This document shows, piece by piece, positions 39,262 through 48,994 of a stretch of 60,530 nucleotides of DNA. The stretch spans positions 1 through 60,530 of the IMG/VR virus record IMGVR_UViG_3300042938_000567, one strand, 5' to 3'. The notes beneath the pieces were generated by a model, which did not search any database, had not been told where the DNA came from, and saw only the letters and a list, made by a program, of their open reading frames with translations. Position 1 is the first letter of the stretch, and each line of letters begins with the position of its first letter. Made by a program: the position numbers and the translations under genes. This DNA comes from a virus (lineage: Duplodnaviria > Caudoviricetes).

Positions 39262-40077
39262 TTATCTTCCGTAAACTGGTAATGTAGCTTTTGGAACAGT
39301 TCCAGTCGCTGATTGGAACATTCCTGTAAGATTTGTTCCCGGTTTCATTCCTCCTTGCATAAAGCCTCCTGCTAATGGATTAGTCATTCCTCCTCCGAAT
39401 TGGCCAATTCCACCTCCACCGCCACCGCCATCAGCACTTCCTCCACCCATCATAGGTAGTGTAGTTCCAAGAAGTCCTAGTGATGCTCCACCTGTAAATG
39501 GAGCAGCTCCAATTGCTACAGCAGTTCCTACTGCACCAATAATCTGATTGGTTTTAGATGCTTGGTTAGCAGCATTTACTTTAGCATCGTATTGTTCTGC
39601 TGCCGCTTTTTGTTGTCCATACGATTGTGATGGGCCAACAAATCCTGCTGTTTCAAATGGATCATAAGCAAATGAGTCAGCTAGTTGCTGCCAGCCCATT
39701 GCTGTGCTAACTCCTTTTTCTTGGAGTTGTGTAGATTGTAATCCGAATTGCCTTGGAACCATACCTTGCGCCATCTGGAATCCACCAGCCCTACCCGCTG
39801 TTGCTGGGTTGAATCCTGCACCACCAAACTCAGCAATGTTTCGCATGGTTTGTTCTTGTACATCTTGAGGGAGTTCTCCCCTCATCCATGATGCTGTAAT
39901 ATCACTAGCTTGCCTACGTTGGGCAGTAGCCCCCGGCATGACTCGTTCAATCTCAGCCAACCTAGCGGCGGTCGCTTTTTGCGCTGACTCAGTATACGAT
40001 GGCAAGTCTTTTGCTAACGCAACTCCGGGGCGTTCGATATATTGTGCTGTCTTAGATGTTTTCGCTTTACCACCCAT
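39262..40077 (-). CDS. Internal virion/pilot-like ejection protein
   Basis: Gly/Ala/Gln-rich with an AAPFTGGASL hydrophobic segment. Confidence 0.6.
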   Translation of the reverse strand: MGGKAKTSKTAQYIERPGVALAKDLPSYTESAQKATAARLAEIERVMPGATAQRRQASDITASWMRGELPQDVQEQTMRNIAEFGGAGFNPATAGRAGGFQMAQGMVPRQFGLQSTQLQEKGVSTAMGWQQLADSFAYDPFETAGFVGPSQSYGQQKAAAEQYDAKVNAANQASKTNQIIGAVGTAVAIGAAPFTGGASLGLLGTTLPMMGGGSADGGGGGGGIGQFGGGMTNPLAGGFMQGGMKPGTNLTGMFQSATGTVPKATLPVYGR

Positions 40078-40079
40078 GA

Positions 40080-40430
40080 TTAAACCCCTGCCTTTCTAGC
40101 AAACTCATCCCATTTATATGCGTGTAATTTACTGCTTCCCCTACGCAACCACAAAACCCAATCTTGTTTATTTGGAAAAATCCTTTTAATATGTTCAAAC
40201 AAAGATTCACTAGTTGCGTTAGCAGCTAGTTCAATAAACCATGCGTTAGTATTCGATGTTTGCATATCTATATCTTTTGTTTCTGGATCGTAATTTAATT
40301 CGCTTGCTAGAATAAATAGTTTCTTTGTTATAAATACAAGCCCGAAATCTTTGTGCCAGTCGATTCTTTCTTGTAAAGGTTCTTCTCCATATTGTAATTG
40401 CCACTTGTTAGCTAGATCGTATGCCGTCAT
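40080..40430 (-). CDS. Acetyltransferase-like / internal protein A-like protein
   Basis: Position between tail adaptor and ejection genes; AWFIELA. Confidence 0.4.
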   Translation of the reverse strand: MTAYDLANKWQLQYGEEPLQERIDWHKDFGLVFITKKLFILASELNYDPETKDIDMQTSNTNAWFIELAANATSESLFEHIKRIFPNKQDWVLWLRRGSSKLHAYKWDEFARKAGV

Positions 40431-41389
40431 CTATACAAGAAGTAGTCGTTAGCTGATGGAGAAAGTAAATCAGAACCGATTAGGTTCTCTGCTCTGCTAT
40501 AGTTAGCAAAGCGAATCGGAGCGGCAGTTGGTATCTCTTCACCTTCCATTTCCTTCTCTTGCTCTTTGATAGCAAGGTCTAGGTTCATCAAGAACTCTTG
40601 CGCCTTCCTGTTGTCTCTGGAGTTCAGAGCAAGGATAGCGTAGATCATTGCATCTGGGATGAACTCGACTAGTTCTTGTTCATCTACCAGATCAAAGTAT
40701 CTCTTAGAAGCATACAGAGTGATGCACTCGCACGTTTTTGGTGCTTTGAATCTACGGAATGATGGGTTAACATCATTAGGTTGGTAGACAGAGATTAATG
40801 TTTTTGCTTCCAGCGAGGTATCGTAAGCATAGATTCTTACTCTTCCTTTGGTTGCTGGTTTAGATACTGATCTAACTCCTTTGATCAATAGATCAGATTG
40901 AGCTAGTGTTGGAGGATTAACCCCAGTTACTTTGATTGTATGATAGGTATCATACTGGTCTTGTACCTCAAATGTTAGAGTCACGCCGATGTCTTCTGCG
41001 CTTTCTAACATCACTCCCAAACGATAGAAGTGGGTGGTGTAGTCTCTGAAGAGAACGTGCTTTCCTCCTACCTCCGTAATCAAACGATGGCAAGATTGAT
41101 CAGCATTCAACGCAAAAGCATTGGTAGCATTGAACCATTCATCAGCTAACGATGCTGATTCATTCCCTACCCACGCGAGCTTGATTTGCTCATAGCGGTT
41201 AGGCAGAGTGAAGCAGTCGTTAACGCAACAAATCTGGACATACTCTTCTTGGCTACTCCATGCCCGTTTATTCCATAGCAAGCGTCTAGCCTGATTGATT
41301 GCTTTGAAAGCTCTCTCATCAGAACACACGCCACTATCTCCGACAAAACCCTTAACGAGTTCTGCCATCTCTTTGAGGGTATCACCCAT
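40427..41389 (-). CDS. Head-tail adaptor (tail tubular protein A-like)
   Basis: AINQARRLL start, FTLP, helical C-terminus; synteny. Confidence 0.55.
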   Translation of the reverse strand: MGDTLKEMAELVKGFVGDSGVCSDERAFKAINQARRLLWNKRAWSSQEEYVQICCVNDCFTLPNRYEQIKLAWVGNESASLADEWFNATNAFALNADQSCHRLITEVGGKHVLFRDYTTHFYRLGVMLESAEDIGVTLTFEVQDQYDTYHTIKVTGVNPPTLAQSDLLIKGVRSVSKPATKGRVRIYAYDTSLEAKTLISVYQPNDVNPSFRRFKAPKTCECITLYASKRYFDLVDEQELVEFIPDAMIYAILALNSRDNRKAQEFLMNLDLAIKEQEKEMEGEEIPTAAPIRFANYSRAENLIGSDLLSPSANDYFLYR

Positions 41390-41404
41390 TATCGTTAACG
41401 ATAA
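41389..41404. promoter_or_regulatory. TTATCG-N4-CGATAA palindrome
   Basis: TTATCGTTAACGATAA overlapping the A of the adaptor start codon. Confidence 0.85.
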
Positions 41405-41563
41405 TTACTTCTGGTAGCCTTGACGTGGAGTGCCAGCAGTCGTGTAGACGCTAGGCTTTTTGGCTCCAAGGTTTGGCATATTGCCCATTCCTTCGCCAAT
41501 CTTACCGCGAGTTGGTGCGCCGCCAGAGACGAGGCGAGGATCAGTTCCTTTTAGTGGTGTCAT
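41405..41563 (-). CDS. 52-aa Gly/Pro/basic protein
   Basis: Translated by hand: MTPLKGTDPRLVSGG...GYQK. Confidence 0.55.
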   Translation of the reverse strand: MTPLKGTDPRLVSGGAPTRGKIGEGMGNMPNLGAKKPSVYTTAGTPRQGYQK

Positions 41564-41590
41564 ATATTTGGTTTTCTTATGGCTTATTAC

Positions 41591-42118
41591 TTACGAAGTG
41601 TGAACCGCCATCCAGTCTACACTTGTTATTTCCGCAATGTTATTCTCAATGCGGATTGAAAATCCTGTTGTTGTTTTACTCCCTGTACTCAGGGAGAATA
41701 GTGGAGTTGGTTGTGCTGAAATAGTAGCACCACAGATAGGAGTAATAGATGCTCCGTAGGTCGCTGTTGGTAGTCCTGTGAACGAGACCGTTTGAATTGA
41801 GTCACCAGTGGGGATACTTGAGATAGTTCCGTATCTTACTTTAACTACTGGGTTAGCTTCAAGAACATCAATGCGTAGATCAAGTGCTGTTCCTTCTGCT
41901 TCTAACGCATCAATCTGATTCTGTTGGTCAGCTAAATCTTCTTCAATCTGAGCGATCTGTTCTGGCGTTACGTCACCTAAGCCGGGTACATTGATCGTTC
42001 CGTTGACTAGAACAACGTCAATAAATTCTTGCAAGATTTCTGACCAGTTTCCTGTAGGGCAGAAATCAATTGGAACATTTGGAAATGTTAAGGCTGGACT
42101 GGAATCTTGATTATCCAT
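41591..42118 (-). CDS. Short tail fibre/needle-like protein
   Basis: Coiled coil followed by a beta-domain ending TTTGFSI...VDWMAV. Confidence 0.55.
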   Translation of the reverse strand: MDNQDSSPALTFPNVPIDFCPTGNWSEILQEFIDVVLVNGTINVPGLGDVTPEQIAQIEEDLADQQNQIDALEAEGTALDLRIDVLEANPVVKVRYGTISSIPTGDSIQTVSFTGLPTATYGASITPICGATISAQPTPLFSLSTGSKTTTGFSIRIENNIAEITSVDWMAVHTS

Positions 42119-43958
42119 TGATTGAGTAGTCGTAATATCGTTCTGGGCAGCAGTTAATGTCTGGACACTCTTGATCGTTTTCTGGGCAGTCACCAATCGG
42201 AGAGTCTTCCAAATTCTTAATGTTTGCCATTATTCTTACTCTGTCCACTGTTGCTGTCCCTGTCAAGTTAATCTTTAATTGAAATTCACTTCCTTCGATT
42301 ACTGGAATATCAGAAATGTAATTACATTCAGATGGATCGGGTGAGTTAAACTTGTATCTCTTGTAGGAGTCTCCTCCCCTGCGAGGATTGCATGGCGTTT
42401 TTAGAACGGGTGAACATGGGTTACACCCATAGGTGGTAGGAACTTTAAGCTCGCTCCAGCATGGATAGGAGTCTGGTCTGAACTCAGCTTTGCTCGTTAC
42501 CTCTCCTTTGATTTCAGATAGCCACATTTCTCCACCAGTGATTCGCTTCCTCAAGAATTTGTTTGATGCTCCGCTTTGCGCGAAGTCATACCTTCCCGAT
42601 GTGAAGAAGGATTCAATTTGTCTAGTTCCATTAGCACCGAAATCACTTCCAGTAGAGTTAGTGAACTCATACAATCTATTCTTGTTATCGTTATCGAATG
42701 AGAATCCAAATCCACGCTTCTGACCAGTAATCAATGCAGACAGTAGTTGAGTTGGTCTAAAGCCCGTCCAGATGCCATTCCAGCGAAAAGAAAGCTGTGC
42801 GTCAGGTGAAGGTGAAGATGATTGGTCTAGGTCAAGAACTACCATTCCTCTGTGATACCTATTCAATCCTTCTACCCCTGCCGCCCGATAGGTTTCTGGT
42901 GCTACTGTGCTGATCAGATAGTTATCGAAGAACATTGTAGAAGCGAACTGCTTCAACCAAGGAGTATCATTTGATACCCACTTGTTCACTTCCCTAGATA
43001 GTTTACGAAGCGAGAAGTATCTGGCAAATTCAGATTGGCTATTGGAATAGAACGCCCAACCATCGTGTGATCTGAACCAAAGCTCAGAGTTAGCTAAAGC
43101 TGTAGATGGTGATACGCATCCCCGTCCAAGCAAACTGATCGTCTGCATATTGGTTGTTGCCCACTGCGCCCTTGGGATACTCACATCCATTGCGAATGCT
43201 CCGTTAGCAGTTAGGATTACCAATGCGCCTTGGGCGCGGAGGTTAGTTCCAATCTGTGGCATTACTTTCATGCCAGTGATATTCCCCATCATAGATGGAG
43301 TGGAGAACGCACCACCCTCTGCCCAGTACCCGATCTCTGTGAAGTTCTCGGTATTCTTGGTATCGGTGAATCCGTTTCCGTAGATAATATCTGAAGCGTA
43401 GATTTGGTTAAGTCTATCAGTTACGAATACTCTCCCGAAAGCATACTCCATGATAGTCCCAATCGGCATCTTCTTGAGATATGGATTTAAACGATACGCT
43501 GGTACACTCAAGTCTCCGTCCCACGCAATAGCATTTTGGTATCCGTTCTGGATGTATACCCGATCTTCAGCTTGCACGAAGAAGGTGTGCATCATGCCGG
43601 GGTCATTACCTTCGATCAACTTATAAGCGTAGGCTATGTTGTTTACTACCTTTAGGAAGTAGATCACCCCAGATACCGATAGAAGAATGCCATCGTTGGT
43701 ATTGAGGTTCGTTGCCCGATAGGGATATGAACCTTGGAAGCTACCATTCTGAATATCGTTAACGATAATCTCATCTTGTCCTTCCCCCGCTACGATTGGG
43801 ATGTTACGGATGCTGGGCCTTGTCCTGTTAATACCTCCTCGGAATGTTCTATTAACAGACTCTGCCACCATTGATGGAGGCAAATACGATGGGTGAGTAT
43901 CTGCGTCTTGCGCTACGATACTTGTGAACCCATCAAAGACTGATCCATCTGCTGGCAT
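42111..43958 (-). CDS. Tail nozzle (tail tubular protein B-like)
   Basis: 615 aa with beta-propeller-like composition; synteny. Confidence 0.6.
   Translation of the reverse strand: MPADGSVFDGFTSIVAQDADTHPSYLPPSMVAESVNRTFRGGINRTRPSIRNIPIVAGEGQDEIIVNDIQNGSFQGSYPYRATNLNTNDGILLSVSGVIYFLKVVNNIAYAYKLIEGNDPGMMHTFFVQAEDRVYIQNGYQNAIAWDGDLSVPAYRLNPYLKKMPIGTIMEYAFGRVFVTDRLNQIYASDIIYGNGFTDTKNTENFTEIGYWAEGGAFSTPSMMGNITGMKVMPQIGTNLRAQGALVILTANGAFAMDVSIPRAQWATTNMQTISLLGRGCVSPSTALANSELWFRSHDGWAFYSNSQSEFARYFSLRKLSREVNKWVSNDTPWLKQFASTMFFDNYLISTVAPETYRAAGVEGLNRYHRGMVVLDLDQSSSPSPDAQLSFRWNGIWTGFRPTQLLSALITGQKRGFGFSFDNDNKNRLYEFTNSTGSDFGANGTRQIESFFTSGRYDFAQSGASNKFLRKRITGGEMWLSEIKGEVTSKAEFRPDSYPCWSELKVPTTYGCNPCSPVLKTPCNPRRGGDSYKRYKFNSPDPSECNYISDIPVIEGSEFQLKINLTGTATVDRVRIMANIKNLEDSPIGDCPENDQECPDINCCPERYYDYSING
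43753..43768. promoter_or_regulatory. Palindrome variant, 1 mismatch (intragenic)
   Basis: ATATCGTTAACGATAA. Confidence 0.65.
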
Positions 43959-44815
43959 TAGAAAACGATAAACAAATCACCAGTTGCGTTTCTATAAATG
44001 CTATTTACTGCAAGACCACCAGCAATTGCCGCTGCGTTACTTGCGTATACTGACAATCCAGTAAGAGTTATGACTCCATCAACTCTTGCTGTTCCCGCAA
44101 CATGAAGTGTAGCTGTTGGTGCGCCAGTTCCAATGCCTACATTAGCTCCATTAAAAGAAGTGGCTTTAGTTACTGCTGTGCTGGTGTTATTAAAAGCAAA
44201 AATCCCATCACTTGCTCCATCAAATACCATATCACCATCAGTTGGATGGAAAAATTCAAATGTTCCACCTTTTAAGGGATTGGTATTTGTGCTTTGAATG
44301 GTAAGAGAAGTTCCGTCTACCGTGTTAATTACAACACCATTACCAGCCAAAGATTGGTTGATAGTAAGTGCAGTTGTCGCGGATGGGTTTGTGATAGCAA
44401 CAGTCTTTGCTGTTACCGCACCAGTAGAAGCCAATGAAGTTACACTTGCCGCGCCAGTAGTCAACGAAGTTGCTGTAAGCGCACCAGTAGAAACCGCGCC
44501 AGTAGTAGTCAATGGCTGGCTACCAAGATCAACTGGGCCAACTTGAAGAACGCTATTGATCGTAGCAAACTCTACAATCCCAGTTGTGCTTTTACCAAGG
44601 ACAGTATTGTTAGCTCCGTTAGTCCAAGTCAGATTACTAGCACCATCAGTCTTCAAGACTTGCTGGGATGCTGGAGTCTGGATGGTCTTCTGGCAAGCAG
44701 CAGAGTCTTCTACTACCAATCGTTTACCATTGGCGGTTGTTTCTAGTGGCTCACACAGCAAAGGATATTCCGAATCGCAGGGTGGGCAAGGTGTACAAGG
44801 TGTGCAGAGGCTCAT
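43958..44815 (-). CDS. Tail fibre protein
   Basis: Cys-rich N-terminus, NVGIGTGAPTATLHVAG, C-terminal YASNAAAIAGGL..IYR. Confidence 0.65.
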   Translation of the reverse strand: MSLCTPCTPCPPCDSEYPLLCEPLETTANGKRLVVEDSAACQKTIQTPASQQVLKTDGASNLTWTNGANNTVLGKSTTGIVEFATINSVLQVGPVDLGSQPLTTTGAVSTGALTATSLTTGAASVTSLASTGAVTAKTVAITNPSATTALTINQSLAGNGVVINTVDGTSLTIQSTNTNPLKGGTFEFFHPTDGDMVFDGASDGIFAFNNTSTAVTKATSFNGANVGIGTGAPTATLHVAGTARVDGVITLTGLSVYASNAAAIAGGLAVNSIYRNATGDLFIVF

Positions 44816-45111
44816 AGTATTTGTAAAATTATTGCTATTGTTATTACGATCAACGAAGGAATTGTCAAGTCTGCAAAAAACGCTTTAAGCGTCCAGTATT
44901 TTGGATTAAACCCACCAAACACGCTCATGTCTTTTCTCAATTTGCTTGCAGATGCTTCGATGTTTCGATACTCGGCTTGAGATATTTCCCTGCCTGCAAA
45001 GAAGAATATTCCCGAAATAGCACCGATAAACGGATTCTTTGTCAAAGCATATCCGATTCCTTGGAGTGCAAGGCAGATTAGGATATGAGATATGTTGATG
45101 AAGTTTTTCAA
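44812..45111 (-). CDS. Membrane protein
   Basis: Hydrophobic segments; FFAGREISQAEYR. Confidence 0.6.
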   Translation of the reverse strand: MKNFINISHILICLALQGIGYALTKNPFIGAISGIFFFAGREISQAEYRNIEASASKLRKDMSVFGGFNPKYWTLKAFFADLTIPSLIVITIAIILQIL

Positions 45112-45199
45112 GGCTTTTTGATTAACACTTTATTCAAAGTGCCATTCTCTCTTGCGTAGATTGTTTTGCCTTTATCTGGGCTTTCGTATGTAACTTTGC

Positions 45200-45283
45200 T
45201 CATACATCGTATCCTTCTTTTTCCCAACGCTCTTGTTCAATTTCGTAATCGGGTTTGTCTTTGGTGTAGTCGTAGAGGTTCAT
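45200..45283 (-). CDS. 27-aa peptide, copy 1 (MNLYDYTKDKPDYEIEQERWEKEGYDV)
   Basis: Repeated at 47002-47085 with mostly synonymous changes. Confidence 0.7.
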   Translation of the reverse strand: MNLYDYTKDKPDYEIEQERWEKEGYDV

Positions 45284-45285
45284 AA

Positions 45286-46998
45286 TTATGGATTTCTTGG
45301 AGTTCTTGAAACTTCATACCAAGTAGTTCCTGTATGAACTAATGTAATAGTATTGCCAATTGCTGTTGTAAAATTGCCCGCATCCAAAACCATTTCATCA
45401 ATTGCGGGAGTTGGGCCTGCGGCTTGAACTGTTAATACCGAACTAAAAATAAGAGTTACATTTCTTCCAGCCCAACCATGACGCAATTTAGAAAAATTAT
45501 TTGTTCCATTAACAAAAAACACAGAACCTTGTTGCGGAATATTGCATTCTCCGGTTACAGTTGGAGTAATTGAATCAGAAACAATATTTTGCAATGGATT
45601 TATAAATGTATTTATTGATGTATTGTTTATTCCAAATTGCGTTCTTGCATTATTTACTAAAGATGTAATAACTTTACCGGTAATTAATATGCTAAAATTA
45701 TTATTAAATATAACATAAGAAGACGATTTTTGTATATTAACTGAATTTACAAGTTGACTAAAATAACAATTTGTTATTGTTGCATTTCCATTTTCTAAAA
45801 ATACTCCATTTGTTCCATTTGTAATTGATGATCCATTTATTGTTGTGCAACCATTAGCAAATGTATTATCAATATATATTCCTGTTGTGTGTGCAGAACA
45901 CTGGCAACCAATAACCCTAACATCTCCAGATTGTTTTCTTATTTTAATTGCTGTTAAGTTTGTTAAATCTATGCCAGACCACAATCCAAGATTATTATCA
46001 AAAGAACAATTAACTATACTAATGCTTGTAAAAACATCATCTGCATCCAGCCCTGTAAGGTAGCCATAAGAAAAACAATTTGATATTTTCCCCCAATCAG
46101 TTCTGTTTGAAAACCTATAAGCTGTTCCATTTCTTACAATTATTGAGCCTGGCCCCCAAGCTATAGATGCAAATGGCCAAGCATGACAGTTTGAAATGTA
46201 AAAAACATCAAGACAATTATCTATTTCAATTCCATTTACATTATCCATGTAAACATAATCAATCCTTGCTCTTTGATGTCCTGTTGAATAATATGCTTTA
46301 TTAAAACCAAGAATCATGCAATGGCTAACTGCTACATCATCATCTGATGCAATAATTGCCGTTCCAGTAAATGCGGAAGCATTTTGAACAGGGAAGACCA
46401 TTCCTTTTCTGTAGATCAGCAATCCAGAAATACTTGATCCGCCTTGCATATAAATTGAAACCCCAACAGTTCCAGCATCCAAAACAATAGCTCCACCGAT
46501 ATTATTATATGGTGCAGAACTATTGTCTTGTGGACTTCCAACAAACTTATGTGGCCCAACCAATGAAACATTTGGTTTTACAATTAATCCATTTAGATCA
46601 ATCAAACATTTCATTCCATTCGGAATTAAAACTGTTCCTCCAGCAGAACCGAGGCTATCAATTGCAAGTTGAATTGCGGCACGATCATTTGTAATACCAT
46701 CACCAACCGCACCAAAATCTTTCACATTTACCACATCAGCAAACCTGTTAGCCAAAGAACGAGCAGTCGTGCTACCAGTTGCAATCGCAGTAGAGTTACT
46801 TACATTGCTTGTAGTATTTCCAACAAACGAAACATTCCCGCTTGCATCTACACTCAACACATCCTGCGTAGTTGCTCCAGAATTTCCCCGTGCCAGCTTA
46901 ATCGTGCCGTCTGGTGACGATGGCACTGCCAGCGTAAAGTTCTGCGTTGCTGTCGGTGATTGTCCTACTTGGACTGCGTTTGCTTTGATTAGACTCAT
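45286..46998 (-). CDS. Tailspike (pectate-lyase-like beta-helix) 1
   Basis: VNVKDFGAVGDGITNDRAAIQ followed by N/I/S-rich beta-helix repeats. Confidence 0.85.
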   Translation of the reverse strand: MSLIKANAVQVGQSPTATQNFTLAVPSSPDGTIKLARGNSGATTQDVLSVDASGNVSFVGNTTSNVSNSTAIATGSTTARSLANRFADVVNVKDFGAVGDGITNDRAAIQLAIDSLGSAGGTVLIPNGMKCLIDLNGLIVKPNVSLVGPHKFVGSPQDNSSAPYNNIGGAIVLDAGTVGVSIYMQGGSSISGLLIYRKGMVFPVQNASAFTGTAIIASDDDVAVSHCMILGFNKAYYSTGHQRARIDYVYMDNVNGIEIDNCLDVFYISNCHAWPFASIAWGPGSIIVRNGTAYRFSNRTDWGKISNCFSYGYLTGLDADDVFTSISIVNCSFDNNLGLWSGIDLTNLTAIKIRKQSGDVRVIGCQCSAHTTGIYIDNTFANGCTTINGSSITNGTNGVFLENGNATITNCYFSQLVNSVNIQKSSSYVIFNNNFSILITGKVITSLVNNARTQFGINNTSINTFINPLQNIVSDSITPTVTGECNIPQQGSVFFVNGTNNFSKLRHGWAGRNVTLIFSSVLTVQAAGPTPAIDEMVLDAGNFTTAIGNTITLVHTGTTWYEVSRTPRNP

Positions 46999-47001
46999 AG
47001 T

Positions 47002-47085
47002 TTAAATATCATATCCTTCTTTTTCCCAGCGTTCCTGTTCTACTTCGTAGTCTGGTTTGTCTTTTGTGTAGTCGTAGAGGTTCAT
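47002..47085 (-). CDS. 27-aa peptide, copy 2 (MNLYDYTKDKPDYEVEQERWEKEGYDI)
   Basis: Paralogue of 45200-45283. Confidence 0.7.
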   Translation of the reverse strand: MNLYDYTKDKPDYEVEQERWEKEGYDI

Positions 47086-47089
47086 TATT

Positions 47090-48727
47090 TTAGATTGATC
47101 TTGATTTTTCATACCAAGCACTTGCTTGACCAATTAGCGTTAGCGTACTTCCAACTTGAGATGTAAAAACAGCAGATAATTTAGCAATTGCGTGTGCGCC
47201 TGTTGTTGTTGTTACGACATTCCCAGCAGTTGCAAAATATAATGTAATTTCCCTTCCTTGCCAAACATACTGAACTTTATTAAAATTACCAGCAGGAACA
47301 TTTACAACGCTTGCTTCTGGATCAATAGTTAAAACGCTTGATGCTATTGTAGATGGGGAAATTCCCATGTTTTGTCCAACAACAGATTGTGCAAATTTTG
47401 AGTAATTATTGTCATTTAACTGTATATTTGTATTTGGATTTACTACTGTAATTGGCGCAACGGCTCCAGTAAATGTATTATTAGAAATAATAAAGGAATT
47501 TGTAGTATTGTCTATTGCAATTCCAGTATTTCCATACGCTTCAAAAATACAAGAGTTAAAAGTAACAGAACCGCTGTCACACCACGCCCCACGATTTGTT
47601 ACTGTAGAAAATCTACAATTAACAAAAGATGTAATATAGTAAGTTGTGTCTGGAGTATTTATGTATGCTCCACTATCTTGAGATGAAACTTGACAATTTG
47701 CAAATCTATTCCTTAACGATGTCCCTGCTACAACTATTCCCAAAGAACCTACATATGGAGTTGGGGTTCCATCAACTGAACAATTTACAATTTGTGCATC
47801 ATCAGTATCATTCAAATGAATTCCTCTAAAATATCCATACGAAAAACAATCTTGTAAATTAGGCCAATCGGCATTTTGTATGAAGATTGCATTCCCGCTT
47901 CTATGATTTTTTAATGGATCACCTGTTTGAACTGATGTAAAAGGCCAACAATGAACAGATGTAAAACGAGAAACATCAAAACCGTTTTCAAGATATACTC
48001 CGTTTTTGCAATCTATATTAACATCTTTTATTTTTACCCTCTGTGCAGTAATAATGTAAATAGCATATTCAAATCCAAGGATCATGCTATTAAAAATATA
48101 CATATCATCAGACAAGCCATTTACTCCTGTTATAGCCTTTCCAGAAAAATCAGTTTCTCCGTTTGTAATAGGAAATACCATTCCTTTTCTGTAAATTAAA
48201 CATCCATCAATTCCAGCACTTCCTTTAACATTTATTGTTGCTAAAGGATTAATAATCAAAGAAGACACTTGATTGTAAAGTAATCCTCCTGTGCCATTGT
48301 TATCTCTGCATCCAACAGAATTAAATGGGCCTTTTAATGTTATATTTGAGTTAATTGTAATACTTGTATCAATCAAGCATTTCATTCCATTTGGGATTAC
48401 AACAGTTCCTCCCGCTATGCCCAAACTATTAATCGCCGCTTGAATAGCTGGGCCATCATTAGTTCCAGTTCCAGTTGTTGCATTCCAATTACCTATAGCC
48501 CCGAAATCTTTTACATTGACCACATCTGCAAATCGGTTAGCCAATGTCCTTGCCGTAGTCGATCCAGTAGCAATCGCAGTCGAACTTGAAATGTTGCCAG
48601 CGGAGATTGCCCCTACAAAGCTGTTTGCCGTCACTACGCCAGCGTTGCTCACAGTCATCTGGTCAACGCCACCTACTCCGATGATTGCCTGTGTTCCGTC
48701 TACTGATGCTTTAATGTTTGCGCTCAT
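47090..48727 (-). CDS. Tailspike (beta-helix) 2
   Basis: VNVKDFGAIG..NDGPAIQAAI; paralogue of 45286-46998. Confidence 0.85.
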   Translation of the reverse strand: MSANIKASVDGTQAIIGVGGVDQMTVSNAGVVTANSFVGAISAGNISSSTAIATGSTTARTLANRFADVVNVKDFGAIGNWNATTGTGTNDGPAIQAAINSLGIAGGTVVIPNGMKCLIDTSITINSNITLKGPFNSVGCRDNNGTGGLLYNQVSSLIINPLATINVKGSAGIDGCLIYRKGMVFPITNGETDFSGKAITGVNGLSDDMYIFNSMILGFEYAIYIITAQRVKIKDVNIDCKNGVYLENGFDVSRFTSVHCWPFTSVQTGDPLKNHRSGNAIFIQNADWPNLQDCFSYGYFRGIHLNDTDDAQIVNCSVDGTPTPYVGSLGIVVAGTSLRNRFANCQVSSQDSGAYINTPDTTYYITSFVNCRFSTVTNRGAWCDSGSVTFNSCIFEAYGNTGIAIDNTTNSFIISNNTFTGAVAPITVVNPNTNIQLNDNNYSKFAQSVVGQNMGISPSTIASSVLTIDPEASVVNVPAGNFNKVQYVWQGREITLYFATAGNVVTTTTGAHAIAKLSAVFTSQVGSTLTLIGQASAWYEKSRSI

Positions 48728-48732
48728 AGTGA

Positions 48733-48981
48733 TTAGCAGTCTACTGCGTCCGCGAATTCTGGCAATGTTTTTAAATGGAGGTACGCCTGTTTGATTGGAT
48801 TCTCTCCATTGATGTCTAAATCAAAAATAAAGGTTTTTAATTCAAATGGATCAGCATTGTTGTTTGCTGAAAAAGAAACAATTGCTTGAATTTCTTTTTT
48901 GTTTCCACTTATTGATACAGCTTTAATGTAACAATCATTTATCGTTACATCTTTAATCGTTTTTGTTTGTTTTAATGCCAT
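48733..48981 (-). CDS. Small tailspike-associated protein
   Basis: MALKQTKTI...NPIKQAYLHLKTLPEFADAVDC (82 aa). Confidence 0.65.
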   Translation of the reverse strand: MALKQTKTIKDVTINDCYIKAVSISGNKKEIQAIVSFSANNNADPFELKTFIFDLDINGENPIKQAYLHLKTLPEFADAVDC

Positions 48982-48994
48982 AGTATTATTTAGT